Assembly: GCA_951406725.2 (NCBI GenBank)
Contig: OX597817.1
Location: 131,006,001-131,070,000, forward strand
Length of the DNA stretch: 64,000 nt
Direction of reading: 5' to 3'
Source of the DNA: Octopus vulgaris
Lineage: Eukaryota
The position numbers and the translations under genes are program-made. The notes beneath the pieces are model-generated. The model had not been told where the DNA came from, searched no databases, and worked only from the letters and a program-made list of their open reading frames with translations. Of this stretch, positions 12,233-26,597 are shown one piece after another. Every line of letters starts with the position of its first letter. The first letter of the stretch is position 1.

Positions 12233-13324
12233 AGTTGGCAGCAAAAAGGAAACCTGACTACAGAAACCTCTGTCCCAATATACTCGTCTGACCCTTACAA
12301 CATCGTAAAGTAAAACTTCAAACACAATACTACATATGCATGTGGGGGGAGGAAGAGGTGTGCGCGCTTGTATGTGTGTGTTTGCAAATGCTACGTAAAA
12401 CACCCTCTTGTTTCTCCTCCACGTCCTCATCTCCATCATTATTTAATATCTGTTTTCCATGCTGGAATGGGTTGGATTGTTTGATAGGAGCCGACAAACC
12501 AGACGACTGTGCCAAACCCTACTCTCTACTGTGGTATGGCTTCCAATAATACTCTACATACACCGTGAATGAATATTGTGCAAAATGTCGGTGAAATTCG
12601 AGAGAATTCAAAATTTCAACTCAGAATGCTAGCAAAGTAATTTCAAAATTCGTGAGGAATTATAGATATTAAAAATATCACAGACATAAGTTATCTCAAG
12701 AATGTGTAGATAGAGTGATGTAAAATATAATGTTGAAAAGTTTTTCTTAAAAAGTGTTTATCTCTTTTCATGTATGAAGACATCCAGACTTATTGATTAG
12801 TGATTTTTTTAATACCATATAGAAGGAATTTTGACAGTAAACCAAATTGCTTCATGCTGAAAGAGGCAAGTAAAAAAGTTAGCGTCAAGAAAATTCAACC
12901 AACTGTAAAGAAAAACCTAAAAATGGAGACATAATGAATGAATTAATTGTTACTGTAGCTAAAAGCTACAAACCTAACCCCACATCAGACGGGGGATTAA
13001 AATGTTTGTTTTGTTATGAATTGTCTCATTTATACAGTTATGTTCCCATGTAAATACAAACACGTCCAATTAAGACACTACTCTGCGAGAATGATATGCG
13101 GATATCATGGTTTATTTAAAATATTTGGGGTCAAGATAGTAATGAATACCCGAATTAAGAAAGAACTGGTAGAGGATAGTAAGCAGCGACGTATTACAAC
13201 GTCAGATAGTATGATCAATACAACCAAATATAAATATACATACGTAAAATTTATTAGCTTCAATATACAAAAACATGGATACAAGGGATATAAAGAGAAT
13301 TACTTTCCTTACATATTTCTGATG

Positions 13325-13515
13325 GGAGATACACATATGAAATGGAGCTGCTTCTAATTTGGTGTTGATATCTGGTTGAGTGTCCTGTGCCAGAATTTCT
13401 CTTAATCAACTGATAATACATTTATAATACTTAAAATTCGTACTCATAAAACATTTCTCAACTGCCACATAAACATATATAACAACACAATCCTTTATGA
13501 AGCATTTCCGTAAGT
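13325..13515 (+). promoter_or_regulatory. ZNF unit 1 decayed promoter, non-coding exon 1 and donor
   Basis: Homologous to 25525-25704 and 40970-41148; donor CC|GTAAGT at 13510; NRF1-like and ETS-like motifs mutated. Confidence 0.5.
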
Positions 13516-14924
13516 ATTAAACAATGAAAATGGCCAATGTTTTTAATTCTGGAGACTTTCGGCTTTTGGCGCCTCGATTCTTTGTGTCGTTTCTGTTTTA
13601 TGAATGAAAGATGTCCTTAATTTGTACAAGATTTAGCTACTATTTATATCTACGAAAGAGATATTCTATGATTTATGAGATATTTAGTTGATATTTCTAG
13701 GTATGAAAGCGAGATGTCTATTATTTATTTGTCTGCTATTTCCAGGTATGGAAGCTACCTTCTGCAATCTCCGTTGATGCTAGGTTGGTTTGAGAAACAT
13801 TCTCAAATACACTCCAACCACTGAAATGTTTGGAAACCAGTACTTTATTGTAATCTATTGATTGTTTCTTGGTATTACTATTGAGGTGTGCCCAACCAAC
13901 TAGTAATTTGTTTCTTCATAACTTTCTAAAAAATTGGTAATTCGAAATTAAATTTCCTGAAAGTATGTTTCAGATTGTGTAGATAAGGATTATGTAGGAA
14001 TTTGTTGTGAAAAGAAAAGTACAATTGAATGGAGGTGATGGATAATTTATACACGTCGACTTTATTTCCTCATACTTGTAGATTTAAAATGATGCTGGAA
14101 AATAAGGCTGAGTGTCGGATTAGCTCATCCACATAAGCTAGATATTATTCGTTTTTAAAGAGATTTAAAAAAAAATATCTTCACCACGCATTTGAAAACG
14201 ATGGAGAGAGGAGATCTTTCATGCAAAAGTTATGAAAATGGGATTTCCACCCGCTTTTAAGACAGTGAACACCATTACAGTTCTTGGGCATATTGTAGTA
14301 TACTGTCGTAAAAGGATGAAAGTAAATGGATGATTTTGTTTTTGTTCGTATCATAGAATATAAACTTTTATTTGGCAACATATATTTAGAGGAAGAGATG
14401 AAAGAGAAAACATGAAAAGTATAAAAGATAAAATTATCGAGAGAGAAAAGAGAAAGAAAGAAGTGAGGCGGGATTAACGAGTAGAGTAAGAGTGTAGTGC
14501 GTGCCTTTTACGTGTCACTGGCATGAGGGCCAGTCAAGCGGTACTGGCATCGATCACCTTCGAATGGTACTTTTTACATTCCACCAGCACGGGACCGGGC
14601 AGGCGGCACTGGCATTGATCATGTTCATATGGCACATTAACCTTCAAAAAGTGGATTTTACGATGGAAACAGGATGTGACAACAGTAATATACAAGTATT
14701 TCATGAAGCATATTTGATATTCGATTGGGGTGTTCCTGTGTGGGTCTCAGCAACTTCTATACCCGGTAAATTGTTAGTGATTCACTCAGTTTTGTTGATC
14801 CAAACGATGACAGCATCCATAGACAAAATATCGAAAGGCGATGGATATTCATCAAGAAGGAAGGTGACAATGTAGGATTAATCTTTTATTGTTTGTCATT
14901 TGAACATGGCATACTAGAGCACTT

Positions 14925-15045
14925 CCACCCATAAGGCTTTGGTCAGCCTGAGGCTATAGTAGAAGACACTTGCCCAAGGTATCATGCCATGGGACTGAAC
15001 CTGGAACCATGTGGTTGGAATGTGAGCTTCTTATCTCACAGACAT
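14925..15045 (-). mobile_element. SINE fragment (family of 31353-31718); another fragment at ~16070-16200
   Basis: AGAAGACACTTGCCCAAGG core and GGGACTGAACC B-box complement. Confidence 0.75.
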
Positions 15046-17528
15046 AATTGTACGACGTGATGATTTATTCACTCCACATCTGCATGAACATCCATAACGA
15101 AATAAAATTCGAGACCAAGGATAACTATTCATAAATCTAATTTCGTGCATCAATAACTCTATCGTTTCCTGCAAACGTGATTGTTTCCATCATATATAAA
15201 ATACATGTACAGTTTTCATATTAAATATATTTACATTTATATATTGGAAACATTAGTTATAATTACATACATTGTTTGCATGAAATTCCAGGATGTCACT
15301 GTTGTCAACTCCAGGTTTCTATCACAGAATGCTTTAATTTTTTTAGGGGCAATTTACTTTCACTATTTTATGTGAGGAAACTGCTTGTTAACCCAATTCT
15401 CTTCCCCAGTTTCATTTGCAAATGAAACATAACTTGTTTTTCAGACTTTATCTGCCACAAACGAAAGAATAATTGAGTCTAAAAAAAATAGTGGAACTAT
15501 ATTTAATCTGTAATTATGATTAAGAAAATCATAAATACAGAGCAAATATGGTTCCACTGTTACTTTCAGATTCATTAATTTCTTTTGTTTGTGTTGAAAG
15601 GAAAAAGTTTAAACAAAGGAAAATTTCATGTTTCATTTTGTATTCAAAAGTAAAAGAGGGGAAAAGAATTGTGATGGTGATCACTATTGTAAGGGCAAGG
15701 AGTTGGGAGCAACTTTCCTAAATTGGGGATTTCCATCAATTTCACAACTTTCTTTTTTTTTTAGCTTGTTTAAAAAGAGTTTTTCCGCATTGTTTTAAGT
15801 GCATAGTACAGAAAAAGAATTTGACTCATGTAAGGAAAGAAATTCGGATGATAAAACGATCTTGATGATGATGCGCAAAGCAAGTACCTGCTAAGAAAAA
15901 CTACATTTCCATTCTTTCGTGGTTCAGGCAGACGTGTTTCTGCCAGATGGCCTTCTTGTTATCAACCCCACTAGTTTCCAAGCAAGGTAATATTTCTCCG
16001 GTGTCTGCCCATATCTTGAGGTTGATGTGCATTGACAAATATTAATGGATATCAAGACACATACACACACAGGACAACCTTCTTTCAGTTTCTGTCTATC
16101 AAATCCACTCAGATGGTTTTAGATGCACTGGTGATATTTAAGAAGACACTCGCTCAAGGTGCTGCTCTGTGGGACTGAACTTGAAATCACATAGATGGAA
16201 TTGAAAGTTGTTAAACATTTTTTTTCTAATTCAGTTGGCCTTTTCTTATTCATCAGTGTTTATTCTTGTTTGATCTATTATAAAAAATTTAGGTCTTGCT
16301 ACTATCCATCTCATCGTTTGACCTGCTAGAAAAAACAGCACATTTCTCTTCAATTTCCCCTTCCAGTCAGGAATATTAAAGATTATATTGGATGATGTAG
16401 TCATAGATTTACAACGTTATAGAAAAAGACAGGTTTTTCATGGATTGAATGTCTATAAGCACATGTCTGCTCAATCAGAACTGACCTGGGTGTAAACAAC
16501 AATGTCAAGATATATTTCTGGAGAAAGACTAATGTTAGTGTCCACTATTCAATGTGAAGGTGTCAGTGTAGTTTCCAAATATGGAAGCTTCACACAAGAT
16601 TCTATGATGTAAATTTTAATAAATCAAAATGCTAAATTCATCATCATCTTTTAATATGTGTTGCCCATGCTGGAATGGGTTGGAGGGTTTGAGCATTGAT
16701 GGCAAGCTGGTGAGTTGCATCACACTCCAGTCTGATTTCTTATGGTTTCTATAACTGCATGCCTTTCTTAGTGGCACCCACTTCACAGTGCACAGGGTAT
16801 GTTTGGGTGGGGCTTTTACATGGCACCACAAAGTTGCTTTAACGTGGTGGCACTTTTACATGGCACTTCATGTCCGCTTTTATGAAGAATGGACACAAGT
16901 GTTTTCAGCCACCAGAGGGATGAGTCTGAATTCTTATGCTGTGGAGTATGGTTCATATTAAGTGTAGTGAGGTGCCAGGTATCTTGGTCTTTATCCTCTC
17001 ATGTATTCTTGGGTGTCACACTTCCACTTGTTCCATCTACTTTGAGAGATTGGCACATTTTTATGGAGCTGTTGGCATCTAGTTGAGTTGTTTAGGTAAA
17101 CGTATGTTTCTACAGTTTATCTCAATAGAAATAAATCTGCATTATTTTAAGTAGCCTCTACATTTTTCACTTTTGTTTCTCTATAATTTCAGAACATCAG
17201 ATGACAGAAGAAGCATCCTCAATATCTAACATATTTTAATCACTAAAGGAAAATATTATACAAAACAGATGTATAATATTGTTTCTACAAATCTGTGGGA
17301 GAATTCATGTGAAATATTTGCTCTGAAATAATATCATTAACCAAATGTCTGAACATTATTGACTGGAATGTCAAGAAGTTAAGACTGTGTGCTGATTAAA
17401 GTTGGCTAAATTTATAGAAGTGTTGCTAAATAAAGGTAACACTGGACAGAAATACAGCAGTAGAAGTGTATGTAAGGAATAAAGTACAAGAACAAAAGCA
17501 AGAAAAATATATTAACTGGGATTTATAA

Positions 17529-18163
<635 letters not shown>

Positions 18164-18779
18164 TTTCTTGTTTGCTATATATTTTCAATATTCCTGTCTT
18201 TTTTCAATGGAAATTAAAGTATTTTCAAAAATTATAGATTTTGTTTTTATAATCTCCACCTTCTTTCTTTCCATGACGTAAGGACCTCTATACCAAATCT
18301 CCTCCTCCTGATAACCCTATATATTATTCTTTCTTGAATATCGCATCCTGTAATTACAGCATATTTATTGTTATCTTTTCAATGCTTCACTCATTAAATA
18401 TGATATACAATAACGTAAGTTATGACCTTTATATACACAAGAATTATATACAGTTGTTAATGACCCCAAGTATAAAACGGAAGAGACTACCAGGAAGAAT
18501 ATGAGGCCTAATTATTGTTTAGTGCCCCACACGAGATGATTCCTTGTTAGTTTCTGAATAATGGTTTCTTCAAATTAAACTTTTCAGAGATAAGTTTTCA
18601 TAGGTCCAGATTAAAATTATTTCCATAAAATTAAGAATAAACAGTTTGGAGGAGATCCTTATTCTCAACCCCACCTTTTTTGTTAACCTTAACTTCAGAA
18701 CACGGGGAGACCTACCACCCCTTTAATCAACTATGAACCTGGTGACACACAAGCCAGATTGGCTACATTCTCATTGGAA

Positions 18780-20350
18780 AACAGCATAGGAAGATACTTG
18801 TGAATGCACAGTTCTTCCCTGGTAAAGAAGACTTCACATCATAGGTTGGCAGTTAGTGATGTGAGATTTAGCACTAGAAGATGAAAGATTTCAACCAATC
18901 TGGCTGAGGAACTCATAGAAACTTAAGGATATTTAAAACAGTTGAAGATGTACTAGTTAAAGCCTTTAACAAATAGGAGGAAGTAGAGATATATAACGTA
19001 GAAGGCGAATGGAAGTTCTTACTCGACAACCTATATAGAGGTGGAGAACAAATCTGTAGCTGAAGGGTGACCCGATGGTAGAACAGACATGAATACTGAG
19101 CAGTAAAGAGGCTTTCTTGGGAGATTTGGAATAAAGAGAACAGCTGGTAGGTGGAAGAGAAGCTACGAAACAGTTCTATTTAGCAAGGGGGAAAAACAGA
19201 AAAAAAAAAAGGTTTGCTAATATTCTACAGCTTGAGGACGAAAATTATGAAGTATTTTGGTTTGCAGAAATGGAATTGTGGGATGCGTGTGCAGATGGAT
19301 AATTGCAGATTTGTATTCACTGATTGTAAAAAGAGATAGGCGTGAAAGTGCAAATGTGAATGGTTGTAAATGCGAGAGAGCTGTCCTAATGTGAACATAA
19401 GAGAGGGTACAGTGATTCTTGTTGGCAGCAGTTAAGAATATGAAGACTGTGAACGCCCCTTGTCCATCGGGAATTACTTCTAAAGTGCATAAGATGTAGG
19501 GCATATTAGGATACAGCCTTGTCACCATTTAATTAATAAGGTTATCCAGGAAGATCTCCTAAACAATGCTTGAGATATCAGCATCATCGTCAAAATGTTT
19601 CAAGGGTAAAGTAGATTTACATCATCATCATCGTTTAGTATCTATTTTCCAAGGTTACTTTTAAACGAACTGGTTATGCGACACTGGAATCAGCCACAGT
19701 TGCGATCTCACTTTACTTGCCAGGTCTTCTCAATCACAGCATATCTCCAAAGGTCTCTGTGAGGCCTAACATTCGAAGGTCGTGCTTCACCATCTCATCC
19801 CATGTCTTCCTGGGTCTCCCTCTTCCACGGCTTCCTTCCACTGATAGGCTGTGGCACTTATTCACACGGCTCTCCCCATCCATACGTAGCATATGACCAC
19901 ACAAACGCAGTCGTCTTACTTAGAAATAAATGCAGAGACTTCAGATGAATGGACCGGGCTATGAAAGCCATTGATAGAGACAGTCCAGTTAATTAGAAAG
20001 AGAGCGAAGCCTAGATGAGATGCAATTTAGGTTTATGCTGTATGAAAGCATTATTGATAAAGACTTTGTGGTTTAGCAATTTCAGAAGTATTGAACAAGA
20101 AATAAACCACCGTACTTAGCATTGGTGAACTGAGACGAAGCGTTTGGCTGGAAGACTCCCTCCCTCATACGGCAGATGCTGCTGCTGCAAAAGCTAGTAG
20201 ATGAATGGCTAGTGAGACTTAACAATCAGTACTTTGATGCATTTGCTATGCAGGAAGGAGTTGATCAGGTTTTGGCTATCGCCAGACCCCCTCCGATTTA
20301 TTGTGGTCTTACTCAATTTCCTTCTCTGAATGTCTATCGATCTGGCGACA
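18780..20350 (+). mobile_element. Highly decayed RTE LINE with a younger minus-strand RTE 3' fragment (~19620-19918) nested in it
   Basis: Residual FRFML and KNKPPYLALV-like motifs; nested piece has a (CAT)n tail and GRPRKTWDEMVKHDLR on the minus strand. Confidence 0.6.
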
Positions 20351-20364
20351 AGTAAAAGAAATAT

Positions 20365-21724
20365 TATTAAGTTGTCCAGAAAGTTCTCAGCGTATTTTAC
20401 TATGCAAAAAGCATATTAAGAATTTTCAATAAATTTTATTCAATGAAACATTTTCCGTTATGATTAATAACTTTTGTCCCTCTATCAGGCAATTTAACCC
20501 TTTGAACCCTACCCACTCACAGGAATTCAGTGCACCAACCTAAGCTCCCAGTGAGTTTCACTGAAAATTTTAAATTTTAGAATATATGCTGAAAGACAAG
20601 CTTGTTTGATAACACAAGGGTACAAAATGGTGAAAACTGAAGACAGGTAGTGTGCTGGTAGACAGGCATTTCAGGAATATACGGCCTTGATGTGGTACCA
20701 GTTCACTGGCATTTGACAGGATTTGAAGAAAAAACGTTTAGATGCATTTTGACTGCATCTAAATAGTTCAATGGTTTTCCTTGCAATGAGTTCTTCAGAG
20801 ACAAAAACAAGTGGCAGTCAGATGAGGAGACTATGGTAGATGGGTTAAGAGATCCCAGCCAAGATCATGTAACTTTGTTCGGGTAGCCAAAGACACACAT
20901 GGGTAGGCATTATCGTCTTGGAATACTACCCACTTTTCTGCTGGCAATTTCCAGCCTCAATTCTTTGGTTTCTTGGTTCAAATTATCCAGCTGACAACAG
21001 TACACATCAGAATTAATGGTCTTAAGCTTATCTTTTGCAGCTTGCTGTTTTGGGGATCCTTGGGCAAACTCCAGGATATCTTCCGTACTACATTTTCGTA
21101 CACATTTTTCATCTCCAGTCACAAGTTGCTTCAACAAAAAAGACATGCTTTCATTCCGTGTCAAAAGCATATCACAAACAGAATACCAGTCCAAGCAATT
21201 CTTATCTGAGAGTTTGTGAGGGACCCATACATTATAACGAGGAATGTATCCTAGATTCACCTAAGTGTTTCTGAGCCATACTTTTAGAAACTTTCAATTC
21301 CTTTGCAAGTTTTCAATCATGATACTTAAGTTTTCTTCAATTTTTGCCTTCAAAAGATCTTCATCCATTGCGACTGTCTTCTTCCAAGCTAAACTCTCCA
21401 GCTTTAAATTTTGCAAACCACCTTCGAATAGTTGATTCACCTACAGGATCATCACCATAAACTTCATAACTGTTTTTCCAAGTATTTGCTACAGTTTCTC
21501 CAAGCATTTCAACGCGAATATAAAATTTTGGGTTATCCGTTTCAAATATAAATAAAAGCTACTTGGGATGAAAGATAAATCTATTTCTAATTAAGAATAA
21601 AGAAGTGATGCACTACCACTTCAAGCAACGCCAAAGTTTTCACTGTTTTAAGTTTTAGGTGTGTTCAATGAAGTGTTAAAAGATTTAGATTTAAAAAACT
21701 CTGAATGTTGCGGACAACCTAATA
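20365..21724 (-). mobile_element. Degraded mariner transposon
   Basis: WVPHKL and LVTGDEK motifs in ORF 20910-21260; TIRs TATTAAGTTGTCC / GGACAACCTAATA. Confidence 0.85.
20494..20777. mobile_element. Possible piggyBac-like MITE nested in the mariner
   Basis: TTAA-CCCTTTGAAC left end and imperfect inverted GTTCAATGGTT right end. Confidence 0.4.
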
Positions 21725-22345
21725 CTATGGAGAACATGCTGAGAACCAGATAAGGAATGACATCAAAATGTTTGGCCTCCTTATCAGAATCACGAGGTAA
21801 GATCATACCCTCAGACACTACCTCTAACATAGTAACAACGTATAGGATACATACTGTATGGACCATTGCCCCATCAAAGCCAGACAGCCAATAGACAGTG
21901 TCCGGCTGTGTTTTCAAACTCACCTGATCTATGAGATACTTGTACTTGTGAGGGAACATATATAGGATCGACTAAACGATAGCTTCACATCAGAGTGAAG
22001 AAACACTATTTAGAAGGCCACAAAGCCCAGCACTATATTCCAATACCACCAACACTGATGGGGATTTCTCCTCCCATATACTTGCAAGGCGAAGAGATGC
22101 AGCCAACCTCCTAATAAAGGAAGTAAATTTCACCAGAAAGAGGGTAGCCAGCCTCATCCGCCAGAATGAACTTGACGGCCGGAAATTCATTTACTGCCTC
22201 CGAAACCTGTAACCGACGCCAGCAGTAACCACCATGGAACATCTGATTAAGGATTATAGATCCGAAAGCGCTCATATATGTCAAGTTATACTTAACCCCA
22301 GAACTAGCAGCAAAGCTATACACAGACTACACGCCAACAGTAGGT
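21725..22345 (+). mobile_element. Penelope-like element 3' part (GIY-YIG endonuclease plus pLTR)
   Basis: LIYEI(fs)TCTCEGTYIGSTKR*LHIRVKKH and ILARRRDAANLLIKE; downstream hammerhead motif. Confidence 0.75.
22239..22281 (+). ncRNA. Degenerate type-I hammerhead ribozyme
   Basis: CTGATTA (G8>U) A-GGAT-tatag-ATCC GAAA-GCGC-TC; helix III palindrome AGCGCT. Confidence 0.6.
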
Positions 22346-22349
22346 CTCT

Positions 22350-22413
<64 letters not shown>

Positions 22414-22415
22414 CC

Positions 22416-22473
<58 letters not shown>

Positions 22474-22505
22474 TCTATCTATCAATCTATCTATCTATCT
22501 GTCTG

Positions 22506-23903
22506 TCCCTAAAAGGTCGGGCGGAGGTGGCGAACACATACATCGCGTCTGTTGTCCACTACCGCCTGATTGTCGTGCCTTATCCCGACCCTACCATCAC
22601 CAAACTAGAACACATTCTCTTCTGCTTCTTGTGGAAGATGGTCAGGCAATCCATTTGCTGTCAACACCCGTTAAAAGGAGGGCTGGACATGCCGTGGTTG
22701 ATGATGTGCAGACACGCGCTGAGACTGCGACATCTCCGGCTCTACGTAGAGGACAGTGAACAGGTGAGGTCGCTGTTTGTGAGGCGCGCTTTTATGGCAG
22801 CTCGTCTCCATGACCGAACTGCAGTCGTGGATCAAAAAGAGGCCAAAGAAGGGCAAATGGCACGGCGAGTGTCGCGTTGCTCTCAAGCAACTATGCCGTC
22901 CTGGGTCGACCTTGAGCGACTTCAACACAACCAAAGCATTCTATAGGGGATTAGTGGAGGGGATGTACGACGATGGGCGTCGACGAGGAATACCTGACCC
23001 GCCTGTTCAAGACGACTTTCGGGCTGGGATCTATGGACAACTTCCAGAGATCCCTGGCCTGACAGTGCTATCGAGAAGCGCTACCCGTTCTGGATAAGCT
23101 CTGCAGGCATGGCACGAGAAAAACGGGACCGACCTGTCCGAGATGCGGTCAGAGCGACGAAACCATCCTGCACACACTCGTACAGTGACCAACCATTTCC
23201 GACCTTTAGGCCTATGTCGAACGACTGCTATTGTGTGTGGAACGAGTCGGTTTATCAACTGAGTCTATCATGAATATTGTCGCGCCTCTTTTCTTGAAAC
23301 GGGCAGGAAGAGTCATTTCCACCGTACTTGTGGCTATGGCGAAAGAATGTGTATGGTGGACGCGTCTGAAAGGTCTAGAGACAAACACTTTCCTCTCTGG
23401 TCAATCTCTCATCAACTTCTTCAAGTATCACTTGAAGAGGAAGGTGGTAGTAGAGAGGGAAGTTTTGTCTAGTGAATGCTTAAAAAAAAAAGATGAATGT
23501 AGCAAGGCAGGCACGTGTGAATGACGGAGCTGGCTTGAGCATAATCCTATGAACCAAAAAAAAAAAATACGAAGGGAAAAATGAGACCCACCTATTGTAA
23601 TGCGTTTTCTTTTTCATGACACTATTGCCCAAGGTTCCCGTGGTCTTTTCCATATGCTTTTCTATCCACGGACGAACCTAATCTGTTTTCCCTTTTTACA
23701 TTGACATTTCTGTGATACACGATCCCTACTGATCGGCCCCACGTTCTTTTGTTTTTGTTTTTTTTTCTTTTCGCGATCCCTTTTGATCGGAATTCGACCC
23801 TGTTTTATTTACTTTTTATTTTCCTTCTCTTCTTCCCCAAAAGAAAAGCTCTACTTGGTATCTTGTCCCTTCTGTGTTCAGCCCTGCGTGGCGAATAAAG
23901 AAA
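22506..23903 (+). mobile_element. 5'-truncated Tx1/L1-group non-LTR retrotransposon
   Basis: [28 protein letters not shown]; C-terminal CPRC..ETILH-like zinc motif; AKECVWWTR; ends AATAAAGAAAT; flanked by (CTAT)n. Confidence 0.8.
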
Positions 23904-23949
23904 TCTATCTATCTATCTATCTATATATATACATACATACATACATATA

Positions 23950-24012
<63 letters not shown>

Positions 24013-24586
24013 CTGTTCATCCATCCATCAAGCCATTTGTCTGTCTGCCTATCAATCAATCAAGCAATCAATCCATCATAAACCTGTTAAACCATGAAAA
24101 TTTATTTAACCCCCATGAGACTTCTGGGGGAAGTTTTGAAATATTTTTTTAACTTTTGAACAACTAAAACTTAAAAGAAAATAATGCAGAAAATATTTTT
24201 GAAAAGAAAAACAACAAAAAAATCTGGAATTTTAAACGAAGATTTCCAAGAGTCTCCTCACAGTTCATGTAATCTAGTAAAACCTCGACCTTTCACTCTG
24301 CCTCAGCCTCTCATCATTTTTCCATGATTTTTTTCCCTTTCATCATTTTTCAGTTTTTCCACTTTTCAGTTTTTTTAACTTTTCGTTTCGCCATCGCTAA
24401 TTACTAATTTCTCAAATGTCGCTTTTCTTCTACCCATTCATTCCCCCTAACAGATTCACAAGTGCCTTAACTCAGACCCATTAAACTTCTCGTAACTTCT
24501 ATCAGTTTAGCGTCTCCTCTTTCTTTCCGATATTACACTTCACCCCAACCACACTTTCACCTTCCCAACCTCTCCTAATAACGAGT

Positions 24587-25020
24587 GGATCTTTCGGTTT
24601 GAACGGCAATTTTTTTCTAGCGGTGTCATATGAAATTGTCACCCATTATTATTACCCTAGTATCGATCTATTGCATTTCAATCTGTTTTAGGGTTAGGGT
24701 TAGAGTTAGGTTTCGTTAGGGTTAGGGGTGGGGGGAAGAGTATCTTTTTTCTTCAGAAATGTATATAAACCTAATCTGTTTCTTAAACGAGGGACATATT
24801 CATACGGCACAGTATGTGTTCACCTCAATAGACGTCATTGATTGGTTGAAATTGCAGATATTGAAGAAAAAACAACAACAAATATCTTACAAACCATAGA
24901 ATTTTCTCAATAAAGCCAAAAAGATGTTTTATAAACACATTCTACTAGTATACAAAGTTTTAAAGTGTTTAGTTACGTGGAAATTATTTTAAAAAACTGC
25001 CGGTCAAACCGAAAAGATCC
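24587..25020. mobile_element. Non-autonomous DNA transposon (MITE) with internal TTAGGG repeats
   Basis: TIRs GGATCTTTCGGTTTGAACGGCA / TGCCGGTCAAACCGAAAAGATCC; exact 8-bp TSD TAACGAGT (24579-24586, 25021-25028). Confidence 0.9.
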
Positions 25021-25073
25021 TAACGAGTTTAGTTGGTGTCCCTCTCTACGGGACACATCCACAGTAATATACT

Positions 25074-25480
25074 TATTTCTTTATTACCCACAAGGGGCTA
25101 AACACAGAAGGGACAAACAAGGACAGACATAGGTATTAAGTCGATTACATCGACCCCAGTGCGTAACTGGTACTTAATTTATCGACCCTGAAAGGATGAA
25201 AGGCAAAGTCGACCTCGGCGGAATTTGAACTCAGAACGTAGCGGCAGACGAAATACCTATTTCTTTACTACCCACAAGGGGCTAAACACAGAGAGGACAA
25301 ACAAGGACAGACATAGGTATTAAGTCGATTACATCGACCCCAGTGCGTTACTGGTACTTAATTTATCGACCCTGAAAGGATGAAAGGCAAAGTCGACCTC
25401 GGCGGAATTTGAACTCACAACGTAACGCAGACGAAATACCGCTAAGCATTTCGCCCGACATGCTAATGGTTCTGCCAGCT
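25074..25480 (+). mobile_element. Tandem pair of ~183-bp SINE/LINE-tail repeats; related copy at ~28760-28950
   Basis: Two near-identical copies of ...ATCGACCCCAGT..GAAAGGATGAAAGGCAAAGTCGACCTCGGCGGAATTTGAACTC. Confidence 0.8.
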
Positions 25481-25524
25481 TATACTGAGAGATAATTAGA
25501 CTTTGCTGCTTGAAATATTACTGG

Positions 25525-25704
25525 AGAGGAGATACGCATGCGCATTCAACGTGCTTCCTACTTGATGTTGACATCCGGTTAAATGACTTCTGCATGAATT
25601 TCTCTTCATCAGCTGATAAAATACATTTATATTTATAAAGCATCCCTCAACCACCACATAAACACATAGAACAACACTATCCTTTATGAAATATTTCCGT
25701 AAGT
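25525..25704 (+). promoter_or_regulatory. ZNF unit 2 putative promoter, non-coding exon 1 and donor
   Basis: NRF1-like TACGCATGCGCA 25533-25544, ETS-like ACATCCGG 25571-25578, donor GTAAGT at 25699; conserved with unit 4. Confidence 0.6.
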
Positions 25705-25784
25705 ATTAAACAATGAAGATATTCAATGTTTTTAATTCTGGGGCGATCTTTCGTTACAAGAACACACGACTGCTAGTTACAAAT

Positions 25785-26597
25785 CACGTGTGTTTATTTA
25801 CATTTGTGAAGATGATCGTCGATTTCTGAAAATTTGTTTTTTTATTTTTTTAGGGGTTGAAGGAAATAGGATTTTTGTGGGGCTGGGGGAAATGGGATCG
25901 TTTGAAGTCGGCGTGAAAGCAAAAGAGACAGAGAGAGAGCGCGATTGTATGAGGGAAGTTCTTTTGAAGTTGGCGTGAATCGGAAGAATTGATGTGCGTG
26001 CATGTGTCAGAGAGAGAGTGTGTGTGTGTTTGTGCCTTTGCTTGTCTGTCGCTGTGTGTGTGTGTGCTTGTGAGTCTGTGTGCAAAATTCTGTCTGTGCT
26101 TTGGTGTCGCTGTGTATGTGTGCTTGTGAGTCTGTGTTTGTATGTACAAAACGAAGATAAAACGAAAGATTTTAAGTTCCAAACGTCTCTGCATCCAAGG
26201 GCTTCCTGATTCATACTAACAAGAATAGAATTACGGGCCTGTATTTATATAATTCATTTCAAAACAAATAATATAAACGAAAAAAAAAAAATAATAATAA
26301 AAACGTATCTTTGAATCTGATCATAAAATCGCCAACAAACATAAAAAAATAAACCGAGAGAAAGAAAAAGTTAGCAGCAGGAACAAAACTGTAGCACTCA
26401 CACAGACAGACAGACAGACACACACACACACACCGAACGCCAACTTCAAAAGAACTTCCCCGATCCAATCGCACTCTCTCTGTCTCGTTTTTACGCCGAC
26501 TTCAAAAGATACCTTCCCCCCACCCCACATATATATCAATTTTTTTAAAATTTTACGGAAAGCGACGATCTTCTTCAAATATAAACAAAAGCACGTG
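25785..26597. mobile_element. Foldback/MULE-like element with long imperfect TIRs
   Basis: CACGTG at both ends; GGGAAGTTCTTTTGAAGTTGGCGT and TTTGAAGTCGGCGT mirrored by ACGCCAACTTCAAAAGAACTTCCC and ACGCCGACTTCAAA; absent from paralogous introns. Confidence 0.65.
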
